Below are positions 63,868 to 64,000 of a stretch of 64,000 nt of DNA, piece by piece. Source of the DNA: Oscillospiraceae bacterium (GTDB lineage: Bacteria > Bacillota > Clostridia > Oscillospirales > SIG627). The notes under the pieces are model-generated. The model had not been told where the DNA came from and did no database searches. It saw only the letters and a list, made by a program, of their open reading frames with translations. Made by a program: the position numbers and the translations under genes. The stretch spans positions 21,582-85,581 of the forward strand of contig SVQQ01000002.1 of NCBI GenBank assembly GCA_015065265.1, in the 5' to 3' direction. Numbering within the stretch: the first letter of the stretch is position 1; each line of letters starts with the position of its first letter.

Positions 63868-64000
63868 TTAATTCTCCAAAAGATTCATTAGCTGCTGATA
63901 TACCCATTCGGGTTCTACACCCTTTGTTCTTACTTCGACGATGACATCACCATATTTGACGCTGAATGCCATTCTCCACCCGTCAACATCTCCTGCTTCA
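63868..64000 (-). CDS. C-terminal part of a hypothetical protein (gene runs off right edge)
   Basis: My own minus-strand translation: ...EAGDVDGWRMAFSVKYGDVIVEVRTKGVEPEWVYQQLMNLLEN-stop (stop at 63868-63870). No family recognised. Confidence 0.4.
   Translation of the reverse strand, partial: EAGDVDGWRMAFSVKYGDVIVEVRTKGVEPEWVYQQLMNLLEN

Noticed and set aside
63653-63907. Several overlapping minus-strand ORFs (63570-63907) lie after the ECF S-component gene.
   Set aside because: They read through the terminator and the hairpin array and have no SD. The only credible minus-strand coding sequence is the edge-truncated one ending at 63868.

Overview
This 64-kb window comes from a low-GC, spore-forming Firmicute. 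It looks Clostridia-like, which I infer from spoIIR, from the gene order priA-def-fmt-rsmB-rlmN-prpC-prkC-rsgA, and from the protein sequences.

Positions 1-40.5 kb are conserved core genes. Most lie on the minus strand:
- the cell-cycle/translation cluster (rsgA to priA)
- infC-rpmI-rplT, with an ATT start codon and an L20-type attenuator
- an LtaS-like transferase, spoIIR and tRNA-Ser(GCU)
- the rpoB-rpoC-rpsL-rpsG-fusA-tuf block
- two PrsA-like lipoproteins and mfd
- on the plus strand, rpsF-ssb-rpsR-secG and tRNA-Ser(UGA)

Core synteny breaks directly 3' of tRNA-Ser(UGA). A mosaic accessory island of about 17.7 kb (about 40.5-58.2 kb) follows, and it looks GC-richer. It contains:
- a secreted EndA/NucA-like lipoprotein nuclease
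- a WYL (BrxR/CapW-like) regulator followed by a Type III-like Mod/Res pair
- a SLOG/DUF1273 gene and an XRE regulator
- a LexA-like repressor and two small zinc-ribbon genes
- a decayed phage replication module: an SNF2 helicase gene is split by an HNH endonuclease gene, and its remainder is fused in frame to a large serine recombinase that lacks its catalytic N-terminus
- a self-contained 6-7 gene operon of unknown function (53.1-58.2 kb)

That operon starts with a membrane-anchored HNH-like protein and a glycine-zipper/coiled-coil membrane protein. It is my best candidate for an undescribed system.

Positions 58.2-60.7 kb hold small cassettes: an SdpI-like protein, a four-helix-bundle protein and a small ATPase. 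They are separated by duplicated modules of terminator, hairpin array and promoter. AraC, a MATE efflux pump and an ECF S-component follow.

A family of mini-hairpin arrays placed directly beside rho-independent terminators recurs at four sites in the window. All functional calls come from reading the translated ORFs and motifs by eye. No database search was possible.
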